From the NCBI GenBank assembly GCA_964631605.1, contig CAZVYG010000007.1, forward strand, positions 473 through 64,472: a stretch of DNA of 64,000 nucleotides, given 5' to 3'. The stretch comes from an uncultured Verrucomicrobiota bacterium (lineage in GTDB: Bacteria > Verrucomicrobiota > Verrucomicrobiia > Limisphaerales > UBA8199). Positions 1 to 9,788 of the stretch are shown here, piece after piece; the stretch's first letter is position 1, and the number at the start of each line of letters is the position of its first letter. A model generated the notes under the pieces. The model saw only the letters and a program-made list of their open reading frames with translations, had not been told where the DNA came from and made no database searches. The translations under genes and the position numbers were made by a program.

Positions 1-1092
1 CATCTGCTGGAAGGCCTGTTTGAAGCGCTCGGCCGGCTGGCGGACGAGGCGTTCGAGCGCCCGCAAACGCGCCTGCTCTTCGTGCCATCGTTTTTGGTGT
101 TCCGGTTCGTGCTCGCGGCCTGCCAGCTCCTGGAGGGCCGCCTGGCAGGCGAGAAAATGCTCGTAGGTGTTTTCAGCAACGAGGGTCATTTCTTCGATGA
201 CCTTTTGTTTGTAGGCGAACCGGTGGAAGGAGGCCTGAAGTTTCCGCTCAACCTGGCCCAACTCCGCCTCGAGCCGCCTGCGCCCAGCGCGGCTCTTGCA
301 GTCCACCCAGGCGGCAAAGAGCCGGTCCGCGTGCTGATCCAAATCACCCACGGTGGCAATCAGCCTGCGCAGCAGGCGTAGGTGGTTGTCGCGGCTTTCC
401 ACCTTCTTATCCAGAACAACGCGATCAAAGCGCTCTTTGGGAGGATCGGAGACGAGCTTCTCGGCGAGGCTGACATGCTCCTTGGCGGCGAAGCCGAACC
501 CGTAAAGAATCCGGCGCACCTGGTTTTCCGCTTGCTCGATGCGCCGGGAAATCTGCACCTCCTGGTCGCGGGTCAGCAGCGGAACTTGCCCCATCTGGCG
601 GAGGTACATGCGTACCGGGTCGTCGAGCACGTCCAGGCGGGAACGCTCCTCTTCTTCTTCCTCGGGCTGGCGCACCCGGTCCACCTCGGCTTGATCCACA
701 ATCTCGACGTCCAGGTTCCGCAATTGAACGTAGATTTGGTCCAGCTCTTCCGGTCCAATCAGCGAATCCGGCAGCGCCTCATTGATGTCATTATAGGTGA
801 GATATCCCTGTTCCTGGTGGAGACGAAGCAGCTCCTTGATCTTCTCGGTGACCTCGGGGGAATGCGAGTCGGCAATTGCCGCGGCATTTCGCGCGGTGGT
901 TTGGTCCGCGGCGGATTTGGGTTCCGATTTCGGATTACTCGCGCCCGGGGCTGCTTCGTCGCGGGAGGACCCGGACCCGTTGCGTGCTGCGGCGGCGCGA
1001 ACCGCGGCGGCGCCACGCTGCTCCCCGCGGGAGCGCGCGGGCTTGCCCGAGGAGGGCTTTGCCTGGGGTTTGCTCACCTTCAACCGCGACAT
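1..1092 (-). CDS. rpoD: RNA polymerase sigma-70 factor RpoD, N-terminal part (3' end lies beyond the window)
   Basis: Absent from the ORF track because it has no stop inside the window. Manual reverse-strand translation from the ATG (complement of 1090-1092) stays open to base 1, 364 codons, starting MSRLKVSKPQ. It contains sigma-70 region 1.1 (VTEKIKELLRLHQEQGYLTYNDINEALP) and region 1.2 (DDPVRMYLRQMGQVPLLTRDQEVQISRRIEQAE), then a non-conserved spacer. Regions 2-4 would be left of the window. Confidence 0.85.
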   Translation of the reverse strand, partial: MSRLKVSKPQAKPSSGKPARSRGEQRGAAAVRAAAARNGSGSSRDEAAPGASNPKSEPKSAADQTTARNAAAIADSHSPEVTEKIKELLRLHQEQGYLTYNDINEALPDSLIGPEELDQIYVQLRNLDVEIVDQAEVDRVRQPEEEEEERSRLDVLDDPVRMYLRQMGQVPLLTRDQEVQISRRIEQAENQVRRILYGFGFAAKEHVSLAEKLVSDPPKERFDRVVLDKKVESRDNHLRLLRRLIATVGDLDQHADRLFAAWVDCKSRAGRRRLEAELGQVERKLQASFHRFAYKQKVIEEMTLVAENTYEHFLACQAALQELAGREHEPEHQKRWHEEQARLRALERLVRQPAERFKQAFQQM

Positions 1093-1161
1093 ACGACGTT
1101 ACAACTTCTGAACAACTCAAAACAACAAACCCAACAACCTCCGCCCCCACGGCCAACCAAC

Positions 1162-2256
1162 CTATTGGTTGGTCACCGGGATGCTAACCGATGTGCCCTG
1201 GTCGCCACCGGCTGCCCGAATGCCCTCATTCGCCGCGACCGTGCTCACGAACGTGTTCACGACCAGGTTCAAATACGATTTGAGGATGCGGTACGGCGAA
1301 TTCGGCACATACACAATATCCCCCGGCTCCAATTTCACGTTCGGGGCCTTCCCCTTCATGATAGCACCGAAATCCACAACCGCAATTTGGGGTTCAGCCA
1401 GGGAGCCGCGGACAATGGCGATCTGGGACAAATAGGCGTCATTCTGCAAGCCTTGTTCGTAGCGGGCGAGGTAGTCAAACTGGGCCGGACCATCCGCGCC
1501 GGTCATGACGGAGACCAGCGTAAGAGTGTCCGTGTAGGGAATGGCGCGGGGATTGCGCACCGCGCCAAGAACATACACCTCCTGCGCCAGGCTCGAGGGG
1601 ATGAAAACGAAGTCATCCGGCTGGAGCACGATGTTCTGCGAGGTGTCACCCTCGCGCAGCAACCGTTGGAAATCCACCGGCAACGCCTGCCCGTTGCGCA
1701 TCACGAAACTGTGCCTCAGATCGGCCAGTTCCTCCGAATTGGCCGGTGAAACCGAACGGGCGGTGCCGCCCGCCAAGGCGATGGCCTCGAGGAGCGATAT
1801 GGGGGCCGGCATCGGATAGATGCCCGGCCGGTTCAGCCGCCCCACCAGCCAGACATGGCGGCTGCCCACCGCCCGCAACGTGAGGCTCACCTGCGGTTGG
1901 CTCAAATACTTCGAGAGCCCCTGCTCGAGCGCCTGCCGGGTCTGGTCGAGAGTCAGCCCCCAGACATCCATGCCAGGCAGCAAATGAAAATAGATTTTCC
2001 CGTCCGGTCCCACCGCCGTGCGGCTGCGGCTCGTCGGCTGGCCAATGATCTCGATCTCCAATTGGTCTCCAGGTCCCAGCGTAAAGTCTCCGCCAGCGGG
2101 TCGCAACAGCTCCGGACTGATCCGGTTGGTGGACTCCATGGCCGTGAAGGACACCGAGGGCTCGGTAAATTGCGTCTTGGGGGCGGGGGTCGTTTTGCAG
2201 CCGGTCACCAGAACACCCGCCAGGGCGAAACAGCAGATCCACGTCAGATTTTTCAT
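1162..2256 (-). CDS. polysaccharide export lipoprotein (Wza-like, Poly_export + SLBB)
   Basis: The track ORF 1162..2265 starts at GTG. The internal ATG at 2256 gives MKNLTWICCFALAGVLVTGC, a lipoprotein signal with a lipobox. Poly_export-like LGPGDQLEIEIIGQP..VGPDGKIYFHLLPGMDVWGLT is present. SLBB-like repeats are VWLVGRLNRPGIYPM and VYVLGAVRNPRAIPY. Confidence 0.8.
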   Translation of the reverse strand: MKNLTWICCFALAGVLVTGCKTTPAPKTQFTEPSVSFTAMESTNRISPELLRPAGGDFTLGPGDQLEIEIIGQPTSRSRTAVGPDGKIYFHLLPGMDVWGLTLDQTRQALEQGLSKYLSQPQVSLTLRAVGSRHVWLVGRLNRPGIYPMPAPISLLEAIALAGGTARSVSPANSEELADLRHSFVMRNGQALPVDFQRLLREGDTSQNIVLQPDDFVFIPSSLAQEVYVLGAVRNPRAIPYTDTLTLVSVMTGADGPAQFDYLARYEQGLQNDAYLSQIAIVRGSLAEPQIAVVDFGAIMKGKAPNVKLEPGDIVYVPNSPYRILKSYLNLVVNTFVSTVAANEGIRAAGGDQGTSVSIPVTNQ

Positions 2257-2261
2257 CGTTA

Positions 2262-3284
2262 TCACCAGTCAATTATCGAATCGTTAATGAGGGGGTCCAC
2301 CTTGCGTGTGGTGGCCGTCACAACAAAGGATTGCATGAAAGCGCGGGCGGCGATGTCGAGAATGTCACCGACCTTCACCCACGGGTTCTGGCTGATGTAA
2401 ACAATATCTCGCGGCTGCAGTTTGAAATCCTGGCTTTTGCCGGCCAGGATGTCGCTGGTGTCCACCACGAAGGTCTCGGGCGTCGAGAGTGAGCCCCGCA
2501 CCACCAGGACTTTGCTCCGGAACGATTTCCGCGTGAAACCACCCCGCGCGCTGATGACGCTGATGACGGTCGGTTTGGGAGCATAAGCCACGATGCCGGG
2601 TCGGGCCACCTCACCCAGAACGTAAATCTCATTGGCGGTGGCGGAGGCGAAATAGATGTAGTCGCCGGGAGCCAACGGGACGTTTTGCGACAGGTCGCCG
2701 CGCTGGAACAACCGTTCGAGGTCCACCGGCAGGCGGTCGCCGTTGCGAACAATGAAGCTGCGCGACAAATCCGCCAGCTCGACCGAGCGCTGTTCGAACA
2801 GGCCCGTTTCCAGACCGCCCGCCCGGGCTACGGCCTCGATGACCGTCAGTGGCCGGTCGAGGTTATAGACCCCCTTGTTTACGACGGCGCCAAGCACATA
2901 GTACTTTTTGCTGTTGTAAGCTGCCGGGGTGACGATGGTGCGCGGGTTCTGGTAATAGTTGCCGAGCGCCTCGTCGAGTTTGGCCCGCAGCTCATCAATC
3001 GTGAGTCCGGCGGCCATGATCTGGCGAGCCTGGAGGAAGGTGATGCGGCCATCCGGACCGATCGGCACGTCGGTGCGCGCCGTGTCGGGCTGATCCAACA
3101 GCATGAGGTTGAGCAGGTCACCGGGGCCGAGGGTGAGCCGCTGCTGCCAATCCGCTCGTTTGGGTTGGGCCACCCCGGACAAGGATCGCGGGCTCGAGGC
3201 GTCGGAGTCAGCGGCCAGACTCACCAAGGCGCAGCCGGGGGCCAGGGTAAGGCAGAGGACGATTAGTGCGGTTTTTTTTCTCAT
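2262..3284 (-). CDS. polysaccharide export lipoprotein (Wza-like), paralog of 1162..2256
   Basis: MRKKTALIVLCLTLAPGC is a lipobox signal. LTLGPGDLLNLMLLDQPD..IGPDGRITFLQARQIMAAGLTIDELR is Poly_export-like. SLBB-like repeats are YYVLGAVVNKGVYNL and IYVLGEVARPGIVAY. Its stop lies 5 nt before the next gene's start. Confidence 0.8.
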   Translation of the reverse strand: MRKKTALIVLCLTLAPGCALVSLAADSDASSPRSLSGVAQPKRADWQQRLTLGPGDLLNLMLLDQPDTARTDVPIGPDGRITFLQARQIMAAGLTIDELRAKLDEALGNYYQNPRTIVTPAAYNSKKYYVLGAVVNKGVYNLDRPLTVIEAVARAGGLETGLFEQRSVELADLSRSFIVRNGDRLPVDLERLFQRGDLSQNVPLAPGDYIYFASATANEIYVLGEVARPGIVAYAPKPTVISVISARGGFTRKSFRSKVLVVRGSLSTPETFVVDTSDILAGKSQDFKLQPRDIVYISQNPWVKVGDILDIAARAFMQSFVVTATTRKVDPLINDSIIDW

Positions 3285-3442
3285 GATCGTATGCTGCGGT
3301 TATCCGCTCATCGGTGTTCTCTACAAACACGGTAGCCGGACGTATCTTGCGGAGCAAGATTTGTCCATTCAGGACCTCTACGGATGGCCTATCCGCAATT
3401 TCCCACCATGATTCCCGCCCCACCGCCTCGCGGCTCCCCCAT

Positions 3443-4219
3443 TCATGCCGCCGGCTCAGCCAAAAATGCGGCCACCAAACGATGAAAAACCTCCGGCGCT
3501 TCCGCATGCAGCCAATGCCCCGCGCCCGGAACCAACTCCATTCTTGCGCTGGGAAACAGCTCCCTCGCCGGCACGAGGTCCGCCTCGCTTAAATAGTCTG
3601 AATGTTCGCCGCGAAGAAAAAGGGTCGGGCCGGCATAGGTTCGCCTGCCGGGAAGGGCTTGGCGAAGACGATCGTAGTTGGCTGCAATCTCGTGGAGCCC
3701 CATTCGCCAGACGAAGTGTTGTCCCGACGCATGGCGGCTCAGGCCCCTCAATAGGAACTGCCGCACGGCCAGTTCCGGTATCCACGGCTCCAGCGCCGAT
3801 TCCAGCTCGCGCCGGGTGGTGTAACGGTTTAGGTCCAGCGCCAGCAGTCCCTCGAGGATTCGCTGGTGGTGAGGGGGGTACGCTTTGGGCGCAATGTCGG
3901 CCACCACAAGACGCGCCACGCGTTCCGGGTAACGCAGGGCAAACTCCATGGCGGTCTTGCCCCCCATGGAGTGCCCCAACAGGCGCACCGGCGGCAACCC
4001 TTTGGCTTGCACCAATTCAAGTACATCCTCTGCCATCATGCCGTAGTCCATCTCCGGGCTGTGCGGCGATCGCCCATGGTTGCGCTGATCCACCGCATAG
4101 ACGCGGTAACGTTCGGCCATGCGCTGGTTGAAAGGATTCAGGTTTTCCAGCGAGCCGAAAAGACCATGTAATACGATTAACGGTTCGCCCTTGCCGAAGG
4201 TCTGAAAATGAAGCCGCAT
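3443..4219 (-). CDS. alpha/beta-fold hydrolase (YbfF-like esterase)
   Basis: 258 aa with the nucleophile elbow GHSMGG, HG oxyanion motif LIVLHGLFGS and a C-terminal GAGHWLHAE histidine motif. Confidence 0.8.
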   Translation of the reverse strand: MRLHFQTFGKGEPLIVLHGLFGSLENLNPFNQRMAERYRVYAVDQRNHGRSPHSPEMDYGMMAEDVLELVQAKGLPPVRLLGHSMGGKTAMEFALRYPERVARLVVADIAPKAYPPHHQRILEGLLALDLNRYTTRRELESALEPWIPELAVRQFLLRGLSRHASGQHFVWRMGLHEIAANYDRLRQALPGRRTYAGPTLFLRGEHSDYLSEADLVPARELFPSARMELVPGAGHWLHAEAPEVFHRLVAAFLAEPAA

Positions 4220-4374
4220 GCGCGTCTCAGTATGGCAGGCGCCGCCGCTGGCTACAAGACCCCGGGCGCACGGCCGGGTTGCGCCAGTTCCGGAGCGGCT
4301 CCCGTGTCTGCGCTTGTCCTGGAAGTTGATTCCCGCTTAACTGCAATTCGATCCTCGGCTAAGTGAAACACCGA

Positions 4375-5094
4375 ATGAAATGCTGCGACTTCACATTCGA
4401 CTCAACAGAAGAGAACCTCGCCTGCGAGGAGGTGCTGCTGGATTGCTGCGAGCAGGGGATCGAAGGGCCGCTGTTGCGGTTTTGGGAACCCGCCGGTTAT
4501 GCCGTCGTCGTTGGATATGCCAACCATGTCCAAACCGAAGTGAACCTGGCTTTTTGCGCCGAAGCAGGCATCCCGGTCCTGCGGCGGTTTTCCGGCGGCG
4601 GGACGGTGCTGCAGGGGCCGGGTTGCTTGAACTACGCGTTATTTTTGCCGGTGGACGTCTCCGGGCCCCTCGCCGGGATCCATTCGACCAACGCCTTCGT
4701 TCTGGATAAGCATGTCATTGCCATTTCCACCTTGCTGCGCGCCCCGGTCGAGCGACAGGGGGACACAGACCTTGCCATCGGTGGCATGAAATTCTCCGGC
4801 AACGCCCAGCGCCGCCGCCGCCGCTTCCTCGTCTTTCATGGCTGCTTCCTCCTCAACCTCGATTTGGAGATGGTGGAGAAGACGCTGCACATGCCTTCCC
4901 GTCAGCCAGGCTACCGCTTGAATCGGCCGCACCGGGATTTTCTGCTTAACCTCCGACTCGAACCCAGCGCCCTCAAGAACGCCCTGCGCGCTGCTTGGAA
5001 AGCCGTCATCCCGTGCGATCACCTGCCGTTTGACCTCATCCGGAAACTTGCTCGCGAGAAATATGCCCTCGACGAGTGGAACTTGAAGTTCTGA
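4375..5094 (+). CDS. biotin/lipoate A/B protein ligase family protein (LplA-like)
   Basis: LRRFSGGGTVLQGPGCLNYALFL and GGMKFSGNAQRR are typical of the lipoate-protein ligase catalytic domain. I prefer the ATG at 4375 to the GTG at 4363 used by the track. Confidence 0.75.
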   Translation: MKCCDFTFDSTEENLACEEVLLDCCEQGIEGPLLRFWEPAGYAVVVGYANHVQTEVNLAFCAEAGIPVLRRFSGGGTVLQGPGCLNYALFLPVDVSGPLAGIHSTNAFVLDKHVIAISTLLRAPVERQGDTDLAIGGMKFSGNAQRRRRRFLVFHGCFLLNLDLEMVEKTLHMPSRQPGYRLNRPHRDFLLNLRLEPSALKNALRAAWKAVIPCDHLPFDLIRKLAREKYALDEWNLKF

Positions 5095-5193
5095 TTCGAA
5101 TCAAGGGAGTGCCGTGTTACACGGGACCCGCCTTCAGGCGGCAATCAGTGCGCCAGAGCTGCCGCCTGCCAGTCTCGGGAGGTTGAGCCAACG

Positions 5194-6567
5194 TCAATCG
5201 CCGCCTGCCGCCGGAGGCAGGCGCAATGCGGTGTCCACCGGCTGAATGTCGGCGAGTTCCCTGCCCGGCACGCCCCCGCCCAGTTCGACCAGCCGCTCTC
5301 CCGCAGGGCGAACCCGGGTCTGGAAGCTGGCGGAAGCCTCGTTGAAAGCCGAGGTGGCGCGTTCGAGCCCGGCGCCAATTTTGGCGAAGTGCTCGGCGAA
5401 TTTGCTGACCCGTTGGTAGAGCTCGCGGGCGGTGTCCGCAATCTTTCGCGCGTTCTCGGTCTGGGCATGTTGCTGCCAGCTTACGCTCACCGAGCGAAGC
5501 AGGGCGATCAGGGAAGCCGGCGTGGCCAGAAGGATGCGCCTGGATGCCGCCCAGACGATCAGGTCGTGATCACCTTCAAGCGCGGCGCTGAAAAGGGACT
5601 CGGCGGGAAGAAATAGCACTACATGATCGAGCGCGTTCGGGAACTGGCTCGGGTAATCACGCTCCGCCAGCGCCCGGATGGTGGCTTTGAGCTTGTTGGC
5701 GTGGGCGGCCAGCGATTCCGACCGTTTGGCAGGGTCCGCCGCTTCCAGGGCGCTGAGAAAATCCAGGTCCGGGACCTTGGCATCCACGATGATCACCCGG
5801 TCGCCGGGCAGGTGGACCAGCAGGTCCGGCTTGGCGTCGCCCGCCTGGGCCTGTTCCACGAAGTCGCAGTGGGCGCTCATGCCGGCGGCCTCCACGACGC
5901 GCCGGAGGGTTTCCTCTCCCCAGCGCCCGCGGGCTTGGTTGGATTTCAGCACGGCGCGGAACTGCTGAGTTTCCTGGGCCAGGGCCTGGCTTTGCTGAGC
6001 CAGTTGATCGAGCTGTTTCTTGACTTCGCCCAGGGTGGATGCCTGGAGGTTCTCGGCCTGTTGCAGTCGCTGCTGGTAAGCTTCGAGGTGTTGCTTGAGC
6101 GGCTCGACCAGCAGTTTGATGGATTCCTGGCGCTTCTCGAGGTCGCCCCGGGCGGCTTCCTGGAACTTGCCGAAGGTTTGTTCGGCCAGGCGCAAAAACT
6201 CCGGGGCGCTCCGCTGCAAAGCATCGGCGCTGAGCGCCCGAAACGCTTCGCGCAGGTCGGCCAACGCTTTCTCCTGCGCTGCCCGGGCTTCCTGCAGCGT
6301 CTTCTCGTGCAGCGCCCGTTGGTCCGCCAGAAGTTGCTCCGCCGCCTGGCAACGCGCCTCGGCGGAAGCGCGGGCGGCCAGCTCGCGGGTCGCGTCGGCG
6401 CGGGCATTGGTCAGTTCGAGCTCCCGCTGGGCCAGTTGCTGGCGCAGCTCATTGGCCAGGCGGTCGTCGGCAGGCGCGGCGCGGCCTCGGCCCCAGAGCC
6501 AGCCGACCAACAGGCCCAGCAGGGCGCCAATTACCAAGCCGATTAACAGGTAGAATCCCGCAGGCAT
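5194..6567 (-). CDS. rmuC: DNA recombination protein RmuC
   Basis: 457 aa with an N-terminal TM helix, a long coiled-coil and the RmuC C-terminal nuclease-like region (VIIVDAKVP..VVLFLPAESLFSAALE..ILLATPASLIALLRSV). Confidence 0.85.
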   Translation of the reverse strand: MPAGFYLLIGLVIGALLGLLVGWLWGRGRAAPADDRLANELRQQLAQRELELTNARADATRELAARASAEARCQAAEQLLADQRALHEKTLQEARAAQEKALADLREAFRALSADALQRSAPEFLRLAEQTFGKFQEAARGDLEKRQESIKLLVEPLKQHLEAYQQRLQQAENLQASTLGEVKKQLDQLAQQSQALAQETQQFRAVLKSNQARGRWGEETLRRVVEAAGMSAHCDFVEQAQAGDAKPDLLVHLPGDRVIIVDAKVPDLDFLSALEAADPAKRSESLAAHANKLKATIRALAERDYPSQFPNALDHVVLFLPAESLFSAALEGDHDLIVWAASRRILLATPASLIALLRSVSVSWQQHAQTENARKIADTARELYQRVSKFAEHFAKIGAGLERATSAFNEASASFQTRVRPAGERLVELGGGVPGRELADIQPVDTALRLPPAAGGD

Positions 6568-6592
6568 TGCTCAGGCTTTGGCGTCGAACGTC

Positions 6593-6976
6593 TTAGTAAT
6601 GAGCCACCACTTCGATTTCGACCTGGGCCCCTTTGGGGAGGGCTGCCACCTGAATTGTGGAACGAGCAGGGTGATCGCCGGTGAAGTGCTTCGCGTACAC
6701 CTCGTTCATGCCGGCAAAGTCGCCCAGGTTCGTCAGGAACACCGTGCTCTTGACCACATGGGCGAAGGTGAGTTTCTGGTCGTCCAGGATGGCCTTGATA
6801 TTCTGAAGCACCCGTTCAGTCTGGACTTTGATATCTCCGGTAACAAGGTTGCCCGTGGCGGGGTCCAGGGGAATTTGCCCGGCACAGAAGAGCAAGTCAC
6901 CCACGCGCACGGCATGGTTGTAAGGGCCGACCGCAGGAGCCGAGCCGGCTGGTTTGATGATTTGTTTATTGGCCAT
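6593..6976 (-). CDS. ridA: RidA family reactive-intermediate deaminase (YjgF/TdcF)
   Basis: 127 aa with APAVGPYNHAVRVGDLLFCAGQIPLDPATG and PARSTIQVAALPKGAQVEIEV, full-length RidA hallmarks. Confidence 0.9.
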   Translation of the reverse strand: MANKQIIKPAGSAPAVGPYNHAVRVGDLLFCAGQIPLDPATGNLVTGDIKVQTERVLQNIKAILDDQKLTFAHVVKSTVFLTNLGDFAGMNEVYAKHFTGDHPARSTIQVAALPKGAQVEIEVVAHY

Positions 6977-7146
6977 ATTCGTTTTCTTTGAAATGCGAGC
7001 CTAGCGTAAGGCATCGCGTCAGCCCGTCAAGCGGCGCGTCGGGCTTTAAGGTTTCGCGCGGCGGGCGAGGCCCTGGCGATGCGCCCGGACAGCTCTGCCT
7101 CCGCCCCGGCATTGTCAAGGCCCTGGTTTGCTGGTAGGCTTGCCGC

Positions 7147-7752
7147 ATGGTTGAGCCTGGGCCGCGCATTTTGGCCGTTACCGGCAGCCTGCAGCAGCAG
7201 TCGGTAACGCGGGTGGTGATCCTTCATTTGGCAAAACGCCTCGAAGAATCGGGCTGTGCGGTGGACTTGCTGGATTTGAAGGAGGAACCGCTGCCGCTCT
7301 ACAATCCGGACACGGCCCATCTCCAACCCGGTTTCGAACCCTTGCGCGCGCGGTTGAATGCCGCCGACGTGTTTGTGCTGGGCAGCCCCGATTATCACGG
7401 AAGCATCGGCAGCGCGCTCAAGAATTTCCTGGACCATTTCTGGCACGAGTTCGCCGGCAAACTCTTCGTCACGGTCGTCGCCTCGCACGAGAAAGGGTTG
7501 ACCGTGACGGATCAGCTTCGGACCGTGGCGCGGCAGTGCTACGCCTGGACGCTGCCTTACGGCCTGAGCGTCGCCGAAAAGGTGGATGTGAAGGATGGCC
7601 AGGTGGCAAGCGAGAGCCTGAAGCAACGGTTGGAGATGGCGGTCCGGGATGCGCGGGTTTATGGCGCGCTGCTGGCCGCTCAGCGGCGGGCCGATCTGGC
7701 GTGCAGCGACCCCTGCTTCATGGCGAAGTTGCGAAAGTTGCACTCGAAATGA
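7147..7752 (+). CDS. NADPH-dependent FMN reductase family oxidoreductase
   Basis: ILAVTGSLQQQSVTR, VFVLGSPDYHGSIGSALKNFLDH (FMN_red-type motifs). The stop overlaps the next gene's start (ATGA at 7749-7752). Confidence 0.75.
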   Translation: MVEPGPRILAVTGSLQQQSVTRVVILHLAKRLEESGCAVDLLDLKEEPLPLYNPDTAHLQPGFEPLRARLNAADVFVLGSPDYHGSIGSALKNFLDHFWHEFAGKLFVTVVASHEKGLTVTDQLRTVARQCYAWTLPYGLSVAEKVDVKDGQVASESLKQRLEMAVRDARVYGALLAAQRRADLACSDPCFMAKLRKLHSK

Positions 7753-9788
7753 AATGCCTGCTTTGTTTTTCCCGGGTGGCACTGGCGGTATCGGCCTTCT
7801 GCGCTGCGGGCGCTTTCGCTCAAAGCGCCATCTTCGAGGACGACTTTGAGTGGGGCGGCGGGGTGCCCAACCCTGCCATCTGGCCCCAAGTCGTCGGCGC
7901 CACCCTCGAGTCGTCCGGGACTTACTTTGGCAGCAACAACACTTATCTTCGCATCAGCGGGGCGGGCAGGAAGGTGTTCTCCAGCGATTGGTCCGCGCAA
8001 CTGACGGGCAGAACCAGCACGTTTGCGTTTGACTACTACGAACCTTCCTCCTCGACGGGTTATTGGGTCACCGGCTATGCCGCTGGCACCAGTGACATTA
8101 ACGTGGACGGCGCGTTCGCGCGAATTTCCCTGGCAGCCGGCGTGGTCAGCCTCAACGCCACTGAAGGAACCTGGACCACCAACACCGGCACGACGACCTA
8201 TCCGCGGGACACGCGGCTGACATTTAGTCTCGTGCTGAACCATACGCCAGTGGATCAGCCGTTTAGCGGCAGCCTGTTGCCAGCCAAAACGATGGAGGTT
8301 TGGTACTACAACTGGCAGACCCACGAAACCGTGTACGCGCTCACGATTGCCACGGTCGCGTCGGCCCGGTCGCCGGCCGCCGTGGCCTTCCGCACGTGGT
8401 CAACCGAGACCGGAGTGCTGGCGCATTTCGACAATGTCAAACTGCTCGATGGCCTGCGAATCGTCACCGACGGTTTTGTGCCCGAGGAACCGCCGGTTCC
8501 GCCATCCATTCCGCCGCGGCCGTTTGTTCACCCCAGTGTCTATAACACCCAGGAGGAGCTCGAGCGCATCCGTTACCGGGTCAATGCCGAGCCAGGGTCG
8601 GCTGCGGCCACGGGTTGGTCCCAGGTGCTCAATTCCGGTCTGGCCTCGCTGAGCTATCAGCATGTGCCCTACTCGAACGTCGTGGTGGTGGGCAGTGGCA
8701 CTTCCCCCAGCGAAACCCAATATCGAAGAGACGCCCATGCCGCGCGCGCCCTGGCGCTGCGATGGGTGATGTCGGGCGACGTCCGTTACCGGGATAAAGC
8801 CAGACAGATTCTCAACGACTGGGCAAATACCTTCCAAACCATGAGCCCGGCCTCGGGAACTTCCACCTCGCAAATCCAGCTCGAAGCCGCGTGGGCCGCG
8901 CCCATTTGGGTCGCCGCGGCCGATCTCATCCGGTATTTCGACGGCGGCAGCGCCGGCTGGAGCGGTTCGGAAATCGCCCAATTTGACCGGATGCTGGATT
9001 ATCTCCATGGGGAGGCGGCGAAGAGCGCCACGCGCAACAACAATTGGGGCGCGTCAGCGGCGCTGACCATGATCAGCGTTGGGGCTTACCAGGGGAACCG
9101 CGACCGGTTGAACGCGGGGGTCAAGACCTGGCGGGATCGGCTCATCGGGATTAACCAGGCGGTGGATGGTTACAACGACGACTCGATTTACGAGGTCTGC
9201 CGCGACACAGTCCACCCCCAGTACACCCTCACGGTTTGGGCCCAGGCCGCCGAGGTGGCTTGGAAACACGACCTGGACTTGTATGGAATGACCTTCGATG
9301 CTGACCTGCGGCCCCAATATTCGCGTAACCTCGAGTATTTCGCCGAACTGTTCCGCGGGCTGCGCCAGCCCCCCTGCGACGCGACCTTCACCGGCAATTA
9401 CTTGGGCGAACAAATGCGGGCCAACGCCTACGATGTCGGCCATAACCATTACCTTCACCGCTGCGGCTTGTCCTCCATGCCGGTTTTTGAAGATATGGTC
9501 ATCAATCATTGGCGTCCCGGCGGATTCGACGACCATTTTCCGGCGTGGACGACCTTCACCCATGGCGACCTTTCCACCGGCATACCGCGCGTCATGTCCC
9601 TGGTCCTCGCCGACTCGGCCTCCGGCACGGTCTTCCGATCACTCACGAACGGGATTAGGCTGAATCTTCAGGAAATGCCCTCCTCGAATGCCATATTCAT
9701 GGCGCAGATTGTGGGTGCAGTTTGCCCTGAACGACATTCCGACCGGCCCCCCGGATACAACCGCGCCTTTCACAATGCCGGTGCCTGA
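7749..9788 (+). CDS. secreted protein with N-terminal beta-sandwich and an alginate-lyase-like (alpha/alpha toroid, PL5-type) domain
   Basis: The track ORF starts at 7536, but the internal ATG at 7749 gives the signal peptide MKCLLCFSRVALAVSAFCAAGAFAQ. RNNNWGASAALTMISVGAYQGNRDRL and DTVHPQYTLTVWAQAAEVAWKHDLDLY resemble the NNHSYW and YHNY-type segments of alginate lyase family proteins, from memory of the family. The 3' end is probably frameshifted into 9688..10839. Confidence 0.6.
   Translation: MKCLLCFSRVALAVSAFCAAGAFAQSAIFEDDFEWGGGVPNPAIWPQVVGATLESSGTYFGSNNTYLRISGAGRKVFSSDWSAQLTGRTSTFAFDYYEPSSSTGYWVTGYAAGTSDINVDGAFARISLAAGVVSLNATEGTWTTNTGTTTYPRDTRLTFSLVLNHTPVDQPFSGSLLPAKTMEVWYYNWQTHETVYALTIATVASARSPAAVAFRTWSTETGVLAHFDNVKLLDGLRIVTDGFVPEEPPVPPSIPPRPFVHPSVYNTQEELERIRYRVNAEPGSAAATGWSQVLNSGLASLSYQHVPYSNVVVVGSGTSPSETQYRRDAHAARALALRWVMSGDVRYRDKARQILNDWANTFQTMSPASGTSTSQIQLEAAWAAPIWVAAADLIRYFDGGSAGWSGSEIAQFDRMLDYLHGEAAKSATRNNNWGASAALTMISVGAYQGNRDRLNAGVKTWRDRLIGINQAVDGYNDDSIYEVCRDTVHPQYTLTVWAQAAEVAWKHDLDLYGMTFDADLRPQYSRNLEYFAELFRGLRQPPCDATFTGNYLGEQMRANAYDVGHNHYLHRCGLSSMPVFEDMVINHWRPGGFDDHFPAWTTFTHGDLSTGIPRVMSLVLADSASGTVFRSLTNGIRLNLQEMPSSNAIFMAQIVGAVCPERHSDRPPGYNRAFHNAGA

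Noticed and set aside
82-1749. Track ORFs 82..381 (+) and 382..1749 (+, 455 aa)
   Set aside because: Their sequences (Leu/His/Gln/Arg-rich, no motifs) are the antisense shadow of the clearly recognisable rpoD (1..1092, -) and Wza-like (1162..2256, -) genes. This is typical of high-GC DNA.
5095-5193. Small hairpin CCGCC-TTCA-GGCGG between the convergent lplA-like and rmuC genes
   Set aside because: The stem is only 5 bp and has no U-tract on either strand. Too weak to call a terminator.
7536-7748. Upstream extension of the lyase-like ORF (track start 7536)
   Set aside because: It overlaps the FMN reductase gene. The internal ATG at 7749 yields a clean signal peptide and an ATGA stop-start overlap.
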